DNA of 64,000 nucleotides from Bugula neritina (lineage: Eukaryota > Animalia > Bryozoa): positions 9,924,480-9,988,479 of the forward strand of contig OZ037771.1 of NCBI GenBank assembly GCA_964035545.1. Direction: 5' to 3'. Position 1 is the stretch's first letter. Each line of letters opens with the position of its first letter. The notes under the pieces were generated by a model. It did no database searches, had not been told where the DNA came from, and saw only the letters and a program-made list of their open reading frames with translations. A program made the translations under genes and the position numbers. Shown piece after piece: positions 15,511 through 29,700 of the stretch.

Positions 15511-18500
15511 TGAAACGTACTGCAACATACTGAAATTAATTGCAACATATCAAAGTATATCGTAATATACGGACATGTACTGTAACATACTGAAACACAC
15601 TGAAACATACTGAAACATACTGAAACATACTGAAACATACTGAGATACACTGCAACATACTGCAACATACTGAAATACACTGTAACATGATGAAATACAC
15701 TGCAACACATTGAAATATACTGCAACAAACTGAAATATACTGCAACATACTGAAACGTGCTGCAACATACTGAAATACATTGCAATATAACGAAGTATAT
15801 CGTAATATACGGACATGTACTGTAACATACTGAAACACACTGAAACATACTGAAACGTACTGAGATATACTGAAATACACTGTAACACATTGAAAAATAC
15901 TGCAACATACTGAAAGACACTTCAACTCACTGAAGTATAGTGTAATGTACGGAAATGTACTGTAACATACTGATATTTACTGTTACACACTGAAATATAC
16001 TGCAACATACTGAAATACACTGTAACATACCGAAATAAACTGCAACATAATGCAACATACTGAATTACACTGTAACATACTAAAATACACCGCAACATTC
16101 TGCCACATACTGCAACATTTTGAAGTACACTGTTAAATATTGAAAAACACTGCAACAAACTGTAACATACTGAAGTACACTGTACATATTGAAAAACACT
16201 CCAACACACTGAAATATACTGCAACACACTGAATTATACTGCAAAATACGGAATTATACTTCAACATACTGCAATATACTGAAAGACACTACAACTCACT
16301 GAAGTATAGTGCAATATACAGAAATGTACTCTAACATACTGATATTTAATGTTACACACTGAAATTTACTACAACATACTAAAATACACTGCAACATACC
16401 GAAATAAGCTGCAACATACTGCAACATACTGAAATACACTGTAACATGATGTAGTACACTGCAACACATTGAAATATACTGCAACAAACTGAAATATACT
16501 GCAACATACTGAAATGTACTGCAACATACTGAAATACATTGCAACATATCGAAGTATATCGTAATAAACGGACATGTACTGTAACATACTGAAACACACT
16601 GAAACATACTGAAACATACTGAAACATACTGAAATACACTGCAACATACTGCAACATACTGCAACATACTGAAGTACACTGAAATATACTGAAATACACT
16701 GTAACACATTGAAAAATACTGCAACATACTGAAAGACACTTCAACTCACTGAACTATAGTGTAATATACGGAAATGTACTGTAACATACTGATAATTACT
16801 GCAACACACTGAAATATACTGCAACATACTGAAATACACTGTAACATACCGAAATAAACTGCAACATAATGCAACATACTGAATTACACTGTAACATACT
16901 AAATTACACCGCAACATTCTGCAACATAGTTCAACGTACAGAATATACTGTAACATAATGAAACACACTGCAACATACTGCAACATAGTGAAGTACACTG
17001 TAAAATATTAAAATACACTGCAACACATTGGAATATACTGCAACACAATGAAATATACTGTAACATACTGAAACATGAGCAATATACTGAAAGATGCCCC
17101 AACATACTCAAATACACTGCAAGAAACTGCAACATACGTAAATACACTGTAACATACTGAAATACACTGAAACATACTGCAACATACTGAAGTACACTGT
17201 AAAATATTCAAATACACTGCAACACAGTGAAATACACTGCAACACACTGAAATATACTGCAACATACTGAAATGTACTTCAACATAATGAAAAACACTGC
17301 AACATATCAAAGTATATCGTAATATACAGACATGTACTGTAACATACTGAAACATACTGAAACATACTGAAACATACTGAAATACACTGTAACAAACTGA
17401 AATACACTGCAACAAGTTGGAATATACTGCAACATACCCAAGTATATGGTAATATAATGAAATATACTGCAACATACCGCAACATACTGAAAAACACTGT
17501 AACAAACTGAAATACACTGCAACACATTGGAATATACTGCAACATATCCAAATAAATGGTAATATACTGAAATATATTGAAATACACTGTAACACATTGA
17601 AAAATACTGCAACATACTGAAACACACTACAACTCACTGAAGTATAGTGTAACTTACTGAAATGTACTGTAACATACTGATATTTACTGCAACACACTGA
17701 AACATACTGCAACATACTGAAATACACTGTTACATACTAAAATACACTGCAACATACTAAAATACACTGCAACAATCTGCAACATTCTGCAACATACTTC
17801 AACATACTGAAATACACTGTAACAAACTGAAATACGCTGCAACACATTGGAATATACTGCAACATACCCAAGTAAATGGTAACACACTGAAATATACTGA
17901 AATACAATGTAACACATTGAAAAATTCTGCAACACACTGAAAGACACTACAACTCAGTGAAGTATAGTGTAATATACGAAAATGTATTCTAACATACTGA
18001 TATTTAATGTTACACACTGAAATATACTACAACATACTGAAATACACTGTAACATACCGAAATAAGCTGCAACATACTGCAACATACTGAAATACACTGT
18101 AACATGATGAAGTACGCTGCAACACATTGAAATACACTGCAACAAACTGAAATATGCTGCAACATACTGAAATGTACTGCAACATACTGAAATACATTGC
18201 AACATATCGAAGTATATCGTAATAAACGGACATGTACTGAAACATACTGAAACACACTTAAACATACTGAAACATACTGAAAGATACTGAAACATACTGA
18301 AATACACTGCAACAAACTGCAACATACTGAAACATACTGAAATACACTGTAACAAACTGAAATACGCTGCAACATACTGAAATATACTGCAACATACTGA
18401 AATGTACTTCAACATAATGAAAAACACTGCAACATATCAAAGTATATCGTAATATACAGACATGTACTGTAACATACTGTTACTTACTGAAATACACTGC

Positions 18501-21500
18501 AACAAACTGTAACATACTGAAACACACTGAAACATACTGAAACATACTGAAACATACTGTAACATACTGAAACACACTGAAACATACTGAAACATACTGA
18601 GACATACCGAAATACACTGCAACATACTGCAACATACTGAAATATACTGAAATATACTGAAATATACTGTAACACATTGAAAAATACCGCAACATACTGA
18701 AAGACACTTCAACTCACTGAAGTATAGTGTAATATACGGAAATGTACTGTAACATACTGATATTTACTGTAACACACTGAAATATACTGCAACATACTGA
18801 AATACACTGTTACATGCCAAAATAAACTGCAACATACTGCAACATACTGAAATACACTGTAACATACTCAAATACACTGCAACATTCTGCAACATATCGA
18901 AATATACTGCAACACACTGAAATATACTGCAACACACTGAAATATACTGCAAAATACTAAAATATACTTCAACATACTGCAACATACTGAAAGACACTAC
19001 AACTCACTGAAGTATAGTGCAATATACAGAAATGTACTCTAACATACTGATATTTAATGTTACACACTGAAATATACTACAACATACTGAAATACACTGT
19101 AACATACCGAAATAAGCTGCAACATACTGCAACATACTGAAATACACTGTAACATGAAGAAGTACACTGCAAGACATTGAAATACACTGCAACAAACTGA
19201 AATATACTGCAACATACTGAAATGTACTGCAACATAGTGAAATACATTGCAACATATCGAAGTATATCGTAAAATACGGACATGTACTGTAACATACTGA
19301 AACACACTGAAACATACTGAAACATACTGAAACATACTGAAACATACTGAGATACACTGCAAAATACTGCAACATACTGAAATACACTGTAACATGATGA
19401 AATACACTGCAACACATTGAAATATACTGCAAAAAACTGAAATATACTGCAACATACTGAAACGTGCTGCAACATACTGAAATACATTGCAATATATCGA
19501 AGTATATCGTAATATACGGACATGTACTGTAACATACTGAAACACACTGAAACATACTGAAACATTCTGAAATATACTGAAATATACTGAAATACACTGT
19601 AACACATTGAAAAATACTGCAACATACTGAAGGACACTTCAACTCACTGAAGTATAGTGTAATATACAGAAATGTACTGTAACATACTGATATTTACTGT
19701 AACACACTGAAATATACTGCAACATACTGAAATACACTGTAACATACCGAAATAAACTGCAACATAATGCAACATACTGAATTACACTGTAACATACTAA
19801 AATACACTGCAACATTCTGCAACATACTTCAACGTACTGAAAGACATTGTAACATAATGAAATACACTGCAACACATTGAAATATACCGCAACAGACTGG
19901 AATATACTGCAACACATCCAAGTACATCGTAATATACGGACATGTACTGTAACATACTGGAACATACTGAAACATACTGCAACATTCTGAAGTACACTGT
20001 AAAATATTGAAATACACCGCAACAAACTGCAACATACTGAAGTACACTGTACATATTGAAAAACACTGCAACACACTGAAATATACTGCAACACACTGAA
20101 ATATACTGCAAAATACTGAATTATACTTCAACATACTGCAACATACTGAAAGACACTACAACTCACTGAAGTATAGTGCAATATACAGAAATGTATTCTA
20201 ACATACTGATATTTAATGTTACACACTGAAATATACTACAACATACTGAAATACACTGCAACATACCGAAATAAGCTGCAACATACTGCAACATACTAAA
20301 ATACACTGTAACATGATGTAGTACACTGCAACACATTGAAATATACTGCAACAAACTGAAATATACTGCAACATACTGAAATGTACTGCAACATTCTGAA
20401 ATACATGGCAACATATCGAAGTATATCGTAATAAACGGACATGTACTGTAACATACTGAAACACACTGAAACATACTGAAACATACTGAAATATACTGAA
20501 ACATACTGAAATACACTGCAACAAACTGCAACATACTGAAACATACTGTAACATGATGAAATACACTGAAACACATTGAAATATACTGCAACAAACTGAA
20601 ATATACTGCAACATACTGAAACGTACTGCAACATACTGAAATTAATTGCAACATATCAAAGTATATCGTAATATACGGACATGTACTGTAACATACTGAA
20701 ACACACTGAAACATACTGAAACATACTGAAACATACTGAAACATACTGAGATACACTGCAACATACTGCAACATACTGAAATACACTGTAACATGATGAA
20801 ATACACTGCAACACATTGAAATATACTGCAACAAACTGAAATATACTGCAACATACTGAATTGTGCTGCAACATACTGAAATACATTGCAATATATCGAA
20901 ATATATCGTAATATACAGACATGTACTGTAACATACTGAAACACACTGAAACATACTGAAACGTACTGAGATATACTGAAATACACTGTAACACATTGAA
21001 AAATACTGCAACATAGTGAAAGACACTTCAACTCACTGAAGTATAGTGTAATGTACGGAAATGTACTGTAACATACTGATATTTACTGATACACACTGAA
21101 ATATACTGCAACATACTGAAATAGACTGTAACATACCGAAATAAACTGCAACATAATGCAACCTACTGAATTACACTGTAACATACTAAAATACACCGCA
21201 AAATTCTGCCACATACTGCAACATTTTGAAGTACACTGTTAAATACTGAAATACACTGCAACAAACTGTAACATACTGAAGTACACTGTACATATTGAAA
21301 AACACTGCAACACACTGAAATATACTGCAACACACTGAATTATACTGCAAAATACTGAATTATACTTCAACATACTGCAATATACTGAAAGACACTACAA
21401 CTCACTGAAGTATAGTGCAATATACAGAAATGTACTCTAACATACTGATATTTAATGTTACACACTGAAATATACTACAACATACTGAAATACACTGCAA

Positions 21501-24219
21501 CATACCGAAATAAGCTGCAACATACTGCAACATACTGAAATACACTGTAACATGATGTAGTAGACTGCAACACATTGAAATATACTGCAACAAACAGAAA
21601 TATACTGCAACATACTGAAATGTACTGAAACATACTGAAATACACTGCAACATACTGCAACATACTGCAACATACTGAAGTACACTGAAATATACTGAAA
21701 TACACTGTAACACATTGAAAAATACTGCAACATACTGAAAGACACTTCAACTCACTGAAGTATAGTGTAATATACGGAAATGTACTGTAACATACTGAAA
21801 TACACTGCAACATACTGCAACATACTGCAACATACTGAAGTACACTGAAATATACTGAAATACACTGCAACACACTGAAATATACTGCAACATACTGAAA
21901 TACATCTGTAACATACCGAAATAAACTGCAACATAATGCAACATACTGAATTACACTGTAACATACTAAATTACACTGCAACATTCTGCAACATAGTTCA
22001 ACGTACTGAATATACTGTAACATAATGAAATACACTGCAACATACTGCAACATACTGAAGTACACTGTAAAATATTAAAATACACTGCAACACATTCGAA
22101 TATACTGCAACACACTGAAATATACTGTAACATACTGAAACATGAGCAATATACTGAAAGATGCCTCAACATACTCAAATACACTGCAAGAAACTGCAAC
22201 ATACGTAAATACACTGTAATATACTGAAATACACTGAAACATACTGCAACATACTGCAACATACTGAAGTACACTGTAAAATATTCAAATACACTGCAAC
22301 ACATTGAAATACACTGCAACACACTGAAATATACTGCAACATACTGAAATGTACTTCAACATAATGAAAAACACTGCAACATATCAAAGTATATCGTAAT
22401 ATACAGACATGTACTGTAACATACCGAAACATACTGAAACATACTGAAACATACTGAAACATACTGCAACACACTGTAACACACTGAAATACACTGCAAC
22501 AAGTTGGAATATACTGCAACATACCCAAGTATATGGTAATATAATGAAATATACTGCAACATACCGCAACATACTGAAAAACACTGTAACAAACTGAAAT
22601 ACGCTGCAACACATTGGAATATACTGCAACATATCCAAATAAATGGTAATATACTGAAATATATTGAAATATACTGTAACACATTGAAAAATACTGCAAC
22701 ATACTGAAACACACTACAACTGACTGAAGTATAGTGTAACTTACTGAAATGTACTGTAACATACTGATATTTACTGCAACACACTGAAACATACTGCAAC
22801 ATACTGAAATACACTGTTACATACTAAAATACACTGCAACATACTAAAATACACTGCAACAATCTGCAACATTCTGCAACATACTTCAACATACTGAAAT
22901 ACACTGTAACAAACTGAAATACGCTGCAACAATTTGGAATATACTGCAACATACCCAAATAAATGGGAACATACTGAAATATACTGAAATACAATGTAAC
23001 ACATTGAAAAATACTGCAACACACTGAAAGACACTACAACTCACTGAAGTATAGTGTAATATACGAAAACGTACTGTAACATACTGATATTTACTGCAAC
23101 ACACTGAAATATACTGCAACATACTGAAATACACTGTTACATGCCAAAATAAACTGCAACATACTGCAACATACTGAAATACACTGTAACATACTCAAAT
23201 ACACTGCAACATTCTGCAACATATTGAAATATACTGCAACACACTGAAATATACTGCAACACATCCAAGTAGACTGTAATATAAGGACATGTACTGTAAC
23301 ATACTGAAACAAAATGAAATATACTGTAACACTCTGGGTAATACTGCAAAATGCTGAAATATACTGTAACACAGTGAAGTATACTGCAAAATTCTGAAAC
23401 ATACTGCAACATACTAAAACATGAGCAATATACTGAAAAATGCCTCAGCATACTCAAATATACTGCAAGATGCTGCAACATACGTAAATACACTGTAACA
23501 TACTGAAATACACTGCAACATACTGCAGCATACTGAAGTACACTGTAAAATATTGAAATACACTGCAACACATTGGAATATACTGCAACACACTGAAATA
23601 TACTGCAACATACTGAAATATACTGCAACATACTGCAACATACTGAAGTGCACTGTAACATACCGTAACTTACTGAAATACACTGCAACAAACTGTAACA
23701 TACTGAAACACACTGAAACATACTGAAACATACTGAAACATACTGTAACATACTGAAACACACTGAAACATACTGAAACATACTGAGACATACTGAAATA
23801 CACTGCAACATGCTGAAACATACTGAAATTTACTGAAATATACTGAAATACGCTGTAACACATTGAAAAATACTGCAACATACTGAAAGACACTTCAACT
23901 CACTGAAGTATAGTGTAATATACGGAAATGTACTGTAACATACTGATATTTACTGTAACACACTGAAATATACTGCAACATACTGAAATGCACTGTAACA
24001 TACCGAAATAAACTGCAACATAATGCAACATACTGAATTACACTGTAACATACTAAAATACACTGCAACATTCTGCAACATACTTCAACGTACTGAAAGA
24101 CACTGTAACATAATGAAATACACTGCAACACATTGAAATATACCGCAACAGACTGGAATATACTGCAACACATCCAAGTACATCGTAATATACGGACATG
24201 TACTGTAACATACTGGAAC

Positions 24220-24382
24220 CACAGTTGGTTTAAGGTCATACTTTTCATTTTCTGGCTCTTTGCCAGGTGCTTTATGTTCTATATGAACAATGTTCCACTG
24301 ATAGCTCGAACAGGTTGAATGTCACAAGAACAAAAAAAATATGAAAAGATAAAGAAACTTATGTTCTCCAATATACTTTTTT
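24220..24382 (+). repeat. Left terminal inverted repeat (20 bp perfect, ~160 bp imperfect)
   Basis: Collinear blocks match the right end in reverse complement: 24220-24239/26775-26794, TGCTTTATGTT 24268-24278/26744-26754, GATAGCTCGAACAG 24300-24313/26709-26722, ATGAAAAGATA 24341-24351/26671-26681, ATATACTTTTTT 24371-24382/26640-26651. Confidence 0.9.
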
Positions 24383-25815
24383 ATTTTTTTCAAAAGCCAA
24401 TTCATGTTTAAGTTATAGCTTGTTGAAAAACATAGTCCCCCTTCCACATTCTTTTCAATTTATACGCTCCTGACTTGTTATTGTGTCTCAATATGCCTTG
24501 TATTTGAGTGCTTGTTAGTCTCGCTTCACTAACTTTGCCTATACTTCACAAGTGCCAGTGCTGCTGGCTCAAAAGCTAAATGTTATAAACTGTCAGCTAA
24601 AACCCAATCTTGTATTCCTAGGTTGGTTGGCCTAAATAAAACAATAGTCAAATCATGATTTCATGTTTTAAAAATTTACTCTATTCTAACCTGCTGCCTA
24701 GCTAGTTCTATTTTTGATGTATAATTACAAAATTTGTGATACATTTTTTTGGCAACCATGTAATTTATAAAATGCAGTAATGGTACTTATAATATTATAT
24801 TATTATCACTATAATATATTATATAGTATTATGTGTGTTTTTATTATCCTGCATAGTATCTAATTTATTATTGTTGTTGTGCAAACAAGTGCAATTAACC
24901 TAGTTTTCAAAATGTACCTCTAAATTATCAGAATATCAGTTTAGATATTTTCATGCTTTGTAAGGTAAACCTAAAAAAAGAGGCTGTATTCCCAAAGTAA
25001 AGGGTGTTGAACTATGAACTATATTAGATTAGCCACTCTGCTACCAAGTGCATCAGTATAATATTATATGAATAGCTCTGATGCTTTGTCTCCGGTGGCT
25101 GGCTGCGATATGATAACTTGGCCAACTTCCAAGAGTTTAAAATTGGCGCAATTATTCAAGAGGTTACATACTGCACAGAGCTAGCAGTGATAGTAACCTT
25201 GCTATTGGCAGTACTTATTACAACTGCCAGCATATAAGCTGCATTGTAGAATGCCGTTGGGGCAGGCTAGTAAAACCAAATTCTGCTCTCTAATATACCT
25301 TAGACAAAATGCAGCAACATAATTTTTAGTTTCAAATTACATTTGCCACCCTTACATGAGCTGTGGGCTTCATAAAGATTCATATGATTAGAGATTTATG
25401 CTATAGGCCCTATCTGTGCTAGTGTATGATGAAAATAACACACCATTGTCAAAGTTAACTTCAAGTATGTTGTTTTCCAGAAACTCAGTAATGTCCATTT
25501 ATCTCTCGCATACAAATACTTATGTAATACCATACAGTTTAAGTTTTATTTTAGAGCACATCTGCAAACTCTACAATAAGAGCTTGCTTTACCAGTCTAT
25601 TTCAGACCTGTTTTTGTAGCTAGTAATACGCAAGCTACTTATTTTTAAACTTTTGGGTTATTTGTTCAAAACCATTAGCTTTGCTAGTAACCCGATACTA
25701 TTGCAACAGTTGACTGCTATCAACATGAATTGACAGCCTAATAATTATAACCCTTTTGCGCGCGAAATATTTATGTAATGATAGTTACTCATATAGTGCG
25801 CATGTTATTATCGAT

Positions 25816-25896
25816 GACTGCGTGGTCTAGAGGTTAGAGGCGTCGGCGAGGAGTTAGTTGGTTATGGTTCAACCCTGTTTTGTTGCAATTTTTTTT
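25816..25896 (+). promoter_or_regulatory. tRNA-derived Pol III-like cassette (A box, B box, oligo-T terminator); degenerate tRNA or SINE head
   Basis: GACTGCG, then TGGTCTAGAGG (A-box-like, 25823-25833, T at tRNA position 8), GGTTCAACCC (B-box-like, 25866-25875) at tRNA-like spacing, then T8 at 25889-25896. Acceptor and T stems pair poorly, so it is not a functional tRNA. Confidence 0.55.
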
Positions 25897-26639
25897 GTCA
25901 ACTTATGCAAATCCTACGCATGTATAATAAATATGGCTATAATTGTAAAGTTTTTTTTAACTTTTGTTCAACAGTAAGACAACATACATGCATAATAATT
26001 AAATACTGAACACTAGACTAAACCCTAAATTGATCTTATAGAATACAATGTACTTAAAATAATCATATGTGAATTAGAGAAACTGAAAGTGCACCTGCTG
26101 CTCTATAGACAGACCTTTACTGACAAGACTGCAAAGTGAAGTGATTTAGCTGAAATTAACTCTGCCAAACAAACAAAGAATTATGTTGTGCTGAGGCATT
26201 TTCAATATATTATTGTAACATAGTGAGATGATTCAGCTAAGTGCTAATGTAAAACAGGGAACATTATATTGGCAGAAATCCAATAGACTGCCAATTTGTG
26301 CGAGAGGGTACTATATGTTATTGTGATAGCGCAGAGCGGCAAACGTACTAGGAATGTTATAATTAGTCACAGGAGCGTAGCTAGAACCACCATATGAAGA
26401 ATTTAGAAAATTGCAGTGAAACTTGCAAAATGGTGTATGTTTTTACCAAATTGTGAAGAGCATAAACAGAATTTCAAAAAACAAAGAAAGTATATTAGAG
26501 AAAACATATCAAGGAATGTCAAGTTTAACTTTTATACTTTATAAAATGAATCCCCTGTGCTACAGCAGTGGAACATGGAGGGTGTAAAATTTTACTTATT
26601 ATGCAACAACTTTCTCAAAAAATTTTTTATTGAAAAATT

Positions 26640-26794
26640 AAAAAAGTATATGAAAGAGGAATGCAAGAGCTATCTTTTCATGTAAAATTTGTTAATGTGA
26701 GACAAAAACTGTTCGAGCTATCCCCTGGAAACCGTTTATATATAACATAAAGCAGTGCCTGAATCTGGAAAGTAATGACCTTAAACCAACTGTG
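26640..26794 (-). repeat. Right terminal inverted repeat (20 bp perfect, ~155 bp imperfect)
   Basis: Reverse complement counterpart of 24220-24382; ends ATGACCTTAAACCAACTGTG. Confidence 0.9.
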
Positions 26795-29700
26795 ACATAC
26801 TGAAACATACTGCAACACTCTGAAGTACACTGTAAAATATTGAAATACACTGCAACAACCTGCAACATACTGCAGTACACTGTACATATTGAAAAACACT
26901 GCAACACACTGAAATATACTGCAACACACTGAAATATACTGCAAAATACTGAATTATACTTCAACATACTGCAACATACTGAAAGACACTACAACTCACT
27001 GAAGTATAGTGCAATATACAGAAATGTATTCTAACATACTGATATTTAATGTTACACACTGAAATATACTACAACATACTGAAATACACTGCAACATACC
27101 GAAATAAGCTGCAACATACTGCAACATACTAAAATACACTGTAACATGATGTAGTACACTGCAACACATTGAAATATACTGCAACAAACTGAAATATACT
27201 GCAACATACTGAAATGTACTGCAACATACTGAAATACATGGCAACATATCGAAGTATATCGTAATAAACGGACATGTACTGTAACATACTGAAACACACT
27301 GAAACATACTGAAACATACTGAAATATACTGAAACATACTGAAATACACTGCAACAAACTGCAACATACTGAAACATACTGTAACATGATGAAATACACT
27401 GAAACACATTGAAAAATACTGCAACAAACTGAAATATACTGCAACATACTGAAACGTACTGCAACATACTGAAATTAATTGCAACATATCAAAGTATATC
27501 GTAATATACGGACATGTACTGTAACATACTGAAACACACTGAAACATACTGAAACATACTGAAACATACTGAAACATACTGAGATACACTGCAACATACT
27601 GCAACATACTGAAATACACTGTAACATGATGAAATACACTGCAACACATTGAAATATACTGCAACAAACTGAAATATACTGCAACATACTGAATTGTGCT
27701 GCAACATACTGAAATACATTGCAATATATCGAAGTATATCGTAATATACGGACATGTACTGTAACATACTGAAACACACTGAAACATACTGAAACGTACT
27801 GAGATATACTGAAATACACTGTAACACATTGAAAAATACTGCAACATACTGAAAGACACTTCAACTCACTGAAGTATAGTGTAATGTACGGAAATGTACT
27901 GTAACATACTGATATTTACTGATACACACTGAAATATACTGCAACATACTGAAATACACTGTAACATACCGAAATAAACTGCAACATAATGCAACATACT
28001 GAATTACACTGTAACATACTAAAATACACCGCAAAATTCTGCCACATACTGCAACATTTTGAAGTACACTGTTAAATATTGAAATACACTGCAACAAACT
28101 GTAACATACTGAAGTACACTGTACATATTGAAAAACACTGCAACACACTGAAATATACTGCAACACACTGAATTATACTGCAAAATACTGAATTATACTT
28201 CAACATACTGCAATATACTGAAAGACACTACAACTCACTGAAGTATAGTGCAATATACAGAAATGTACTCTAACATACTGATATTTAATGTTACACACTG
28301 AAATATACTACAACATACTGAAATACACTGCAACATACCGAAATAAGCTGCAACATACTGCAACATACTGAAATACACTGTAACATGATGTAGTACACTG
28401 CAACACATTGAAATATACTGCAACAAACAGAAATATACTGCAACATACTGAAATGTACTGAAACATACTGAAATACACTGCAACATACTGCAACAGACTG
28501 CAACTCACTGAAGTATAGTGTAACTTACTGAAATGTACTGTAACATACTGATATTTACTGCAACACACTGAAACATACTGCAACATACTGAAATACACTG
28601 TTACATACTAAAATACACTGCAACATACTAAAATACACTGCAACAATCTGCAACATTCTGCAACATACTTCAACATACTGAAATACACTGTAACAAACTG
28701 AAATACGCTGCAACACATTGGAATATACTGCAACATACCCAAGTAAATGGTAACACACTGAAATATACTGAAATACAATGTAACACATTGAAAAATTCTG
28801 CAACACACTGAAAGACACTACAACTCAGTGAAGTATAGTGTAATATATGAAAATGTATTCTAACATACTGATATTTAATGTTACACACTGAAATATACTA
28901 CAACATACTGAAATACACTGTAACATACCGAAATAAGCTGCAACATACTGCAACATACTGAAATACACTGTAACATGATGAAGTACACTGCAACACATTG
29001 AAATACACTGCAACAAACTGAAATATGCTGCAACATACTGAAATGTACTGCAACATACTGAAATACATTGCAACATAACGAAGTATATCGTAATAAACGG
29101 ACATGTACTGAAACATACTGAAACACACTTAAACATACTGAAACATACTGAAAGATTCTGAAACATACTGAAATACACTGCAACAAACTGCAACATACTG
29201 AAACATACTGAAATACGCTGTAACAAACTGAAATACGCTGCAACATACTGAAATATACTGCAACATACTGAAGTGTACTTCAACATAATGAAAAACACTG
29301 CAACATATCAAAGTATATCGTAATATACAGACATGTACTGTAACATACTGTTACTTACTGAAATACACTGCAACAAACTGTAACATACTGAAACACACTG
29401 AAACATACTGAAACATACTGAAACATACTGTAACATACTGAAACACACTGAAACATACTGAAACATACTGAGACATACCGAAGTACACTGCAACATACTG
29501 CAACATACTGAAATATACTGAAATATACTGAAATACACTGTAACACATTGAAAAATACCGCAACATACTGAAAGACACTTCAACTCACTGAAGTATAGTG
29601 TAATATACGGAAATGTACTGTAACATACTGATATTTACTGTAACACACTGAAATATACTGCAACATACTGAAATACACTGTTACATGCCAAAATAAACTG

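Larger units (their letters stand above)
1..24219 (+). repeat. 10-bp-monomer satellite array, left segment (consensus AACATACTG[C/A/T], variant AATA[C/T]ACTG[C/A/T])
   Basis: Continuous 10-bp periodicity visible in the 10-nt blocks (e.g. catactgaaa/catactgcaa/tacactgtaa). The register shifts only at rare 9- or 11-bp monomers. The array runs off the left edge. Confidence 0.98.
24220..26794. mobile_element. Non-autonomous cut-and-paste DNA transposon, 2,575 bp, CAC-terminal with 2-bp TSD (probably CMC superfamily, animal EnSpm/CACTA-like)
   Basis: Unique AT-rich sequence bounded by perfect 20-bp TIRs, CACAGTTGGTTTAAGGTCAT (24220-24239) and its reverse complement (26775-26794). Flanks tactggaAC|...|ACatactgaaac versus the empty site tactggaACatactgaaac give TSD = AC. 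No wholly internal ORF longer than 67 aa, so no transposase. The superfamily call is inferred from the CAC ends plus 2-bp TSD. Confidence 0.9.

Noticed and set aside
25416-25619. 67-aa ORF inside the transposon, and junction ORFs 24133-24318, 23895-24248 and 26678-26967
   Set aside because: Short, with no recognisable motifs and non-ATG starts in some cases. The junction ORFs merely run between satellite and TIR.
25747-25770. piggyBac-like terminus (ATAA CCCTTTTGCGCGCG)
   Set aside because: Not TTAA-flanked, and I could find no matching inverted end downstream.
25816-25888. Functional tRNA gene
   Set aside because: Acceptor, anticodon and T stems do not pair properly; only the promoter boxes remain.
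26370-26570. Possible nested hAT-like MITE (CAGGAGCGTAGC ... GCTACAGCAGTG); also a 10-bp inverted match to TACGCTCCTG at 24463-24472
   Set aside because: The ends pair poorly and there is no 8-bp TSD. The 10-bp match is not collinear in distance with the TIR blocks.
24220-26794. RAG/Transib-type transposon: terminus CACAGTT is 6/7 to the RSS heptamer CACAGTG, and ACAAAAACT (26702-26710) is 8/9 to the nonamer
   Set aside because: The TSD is 2 bp rather than 5 bp. The nonamer-like word is in the wrong orientation and ~77 bp from the terminal heptamer. No RAG or transposase coding sequence is present.
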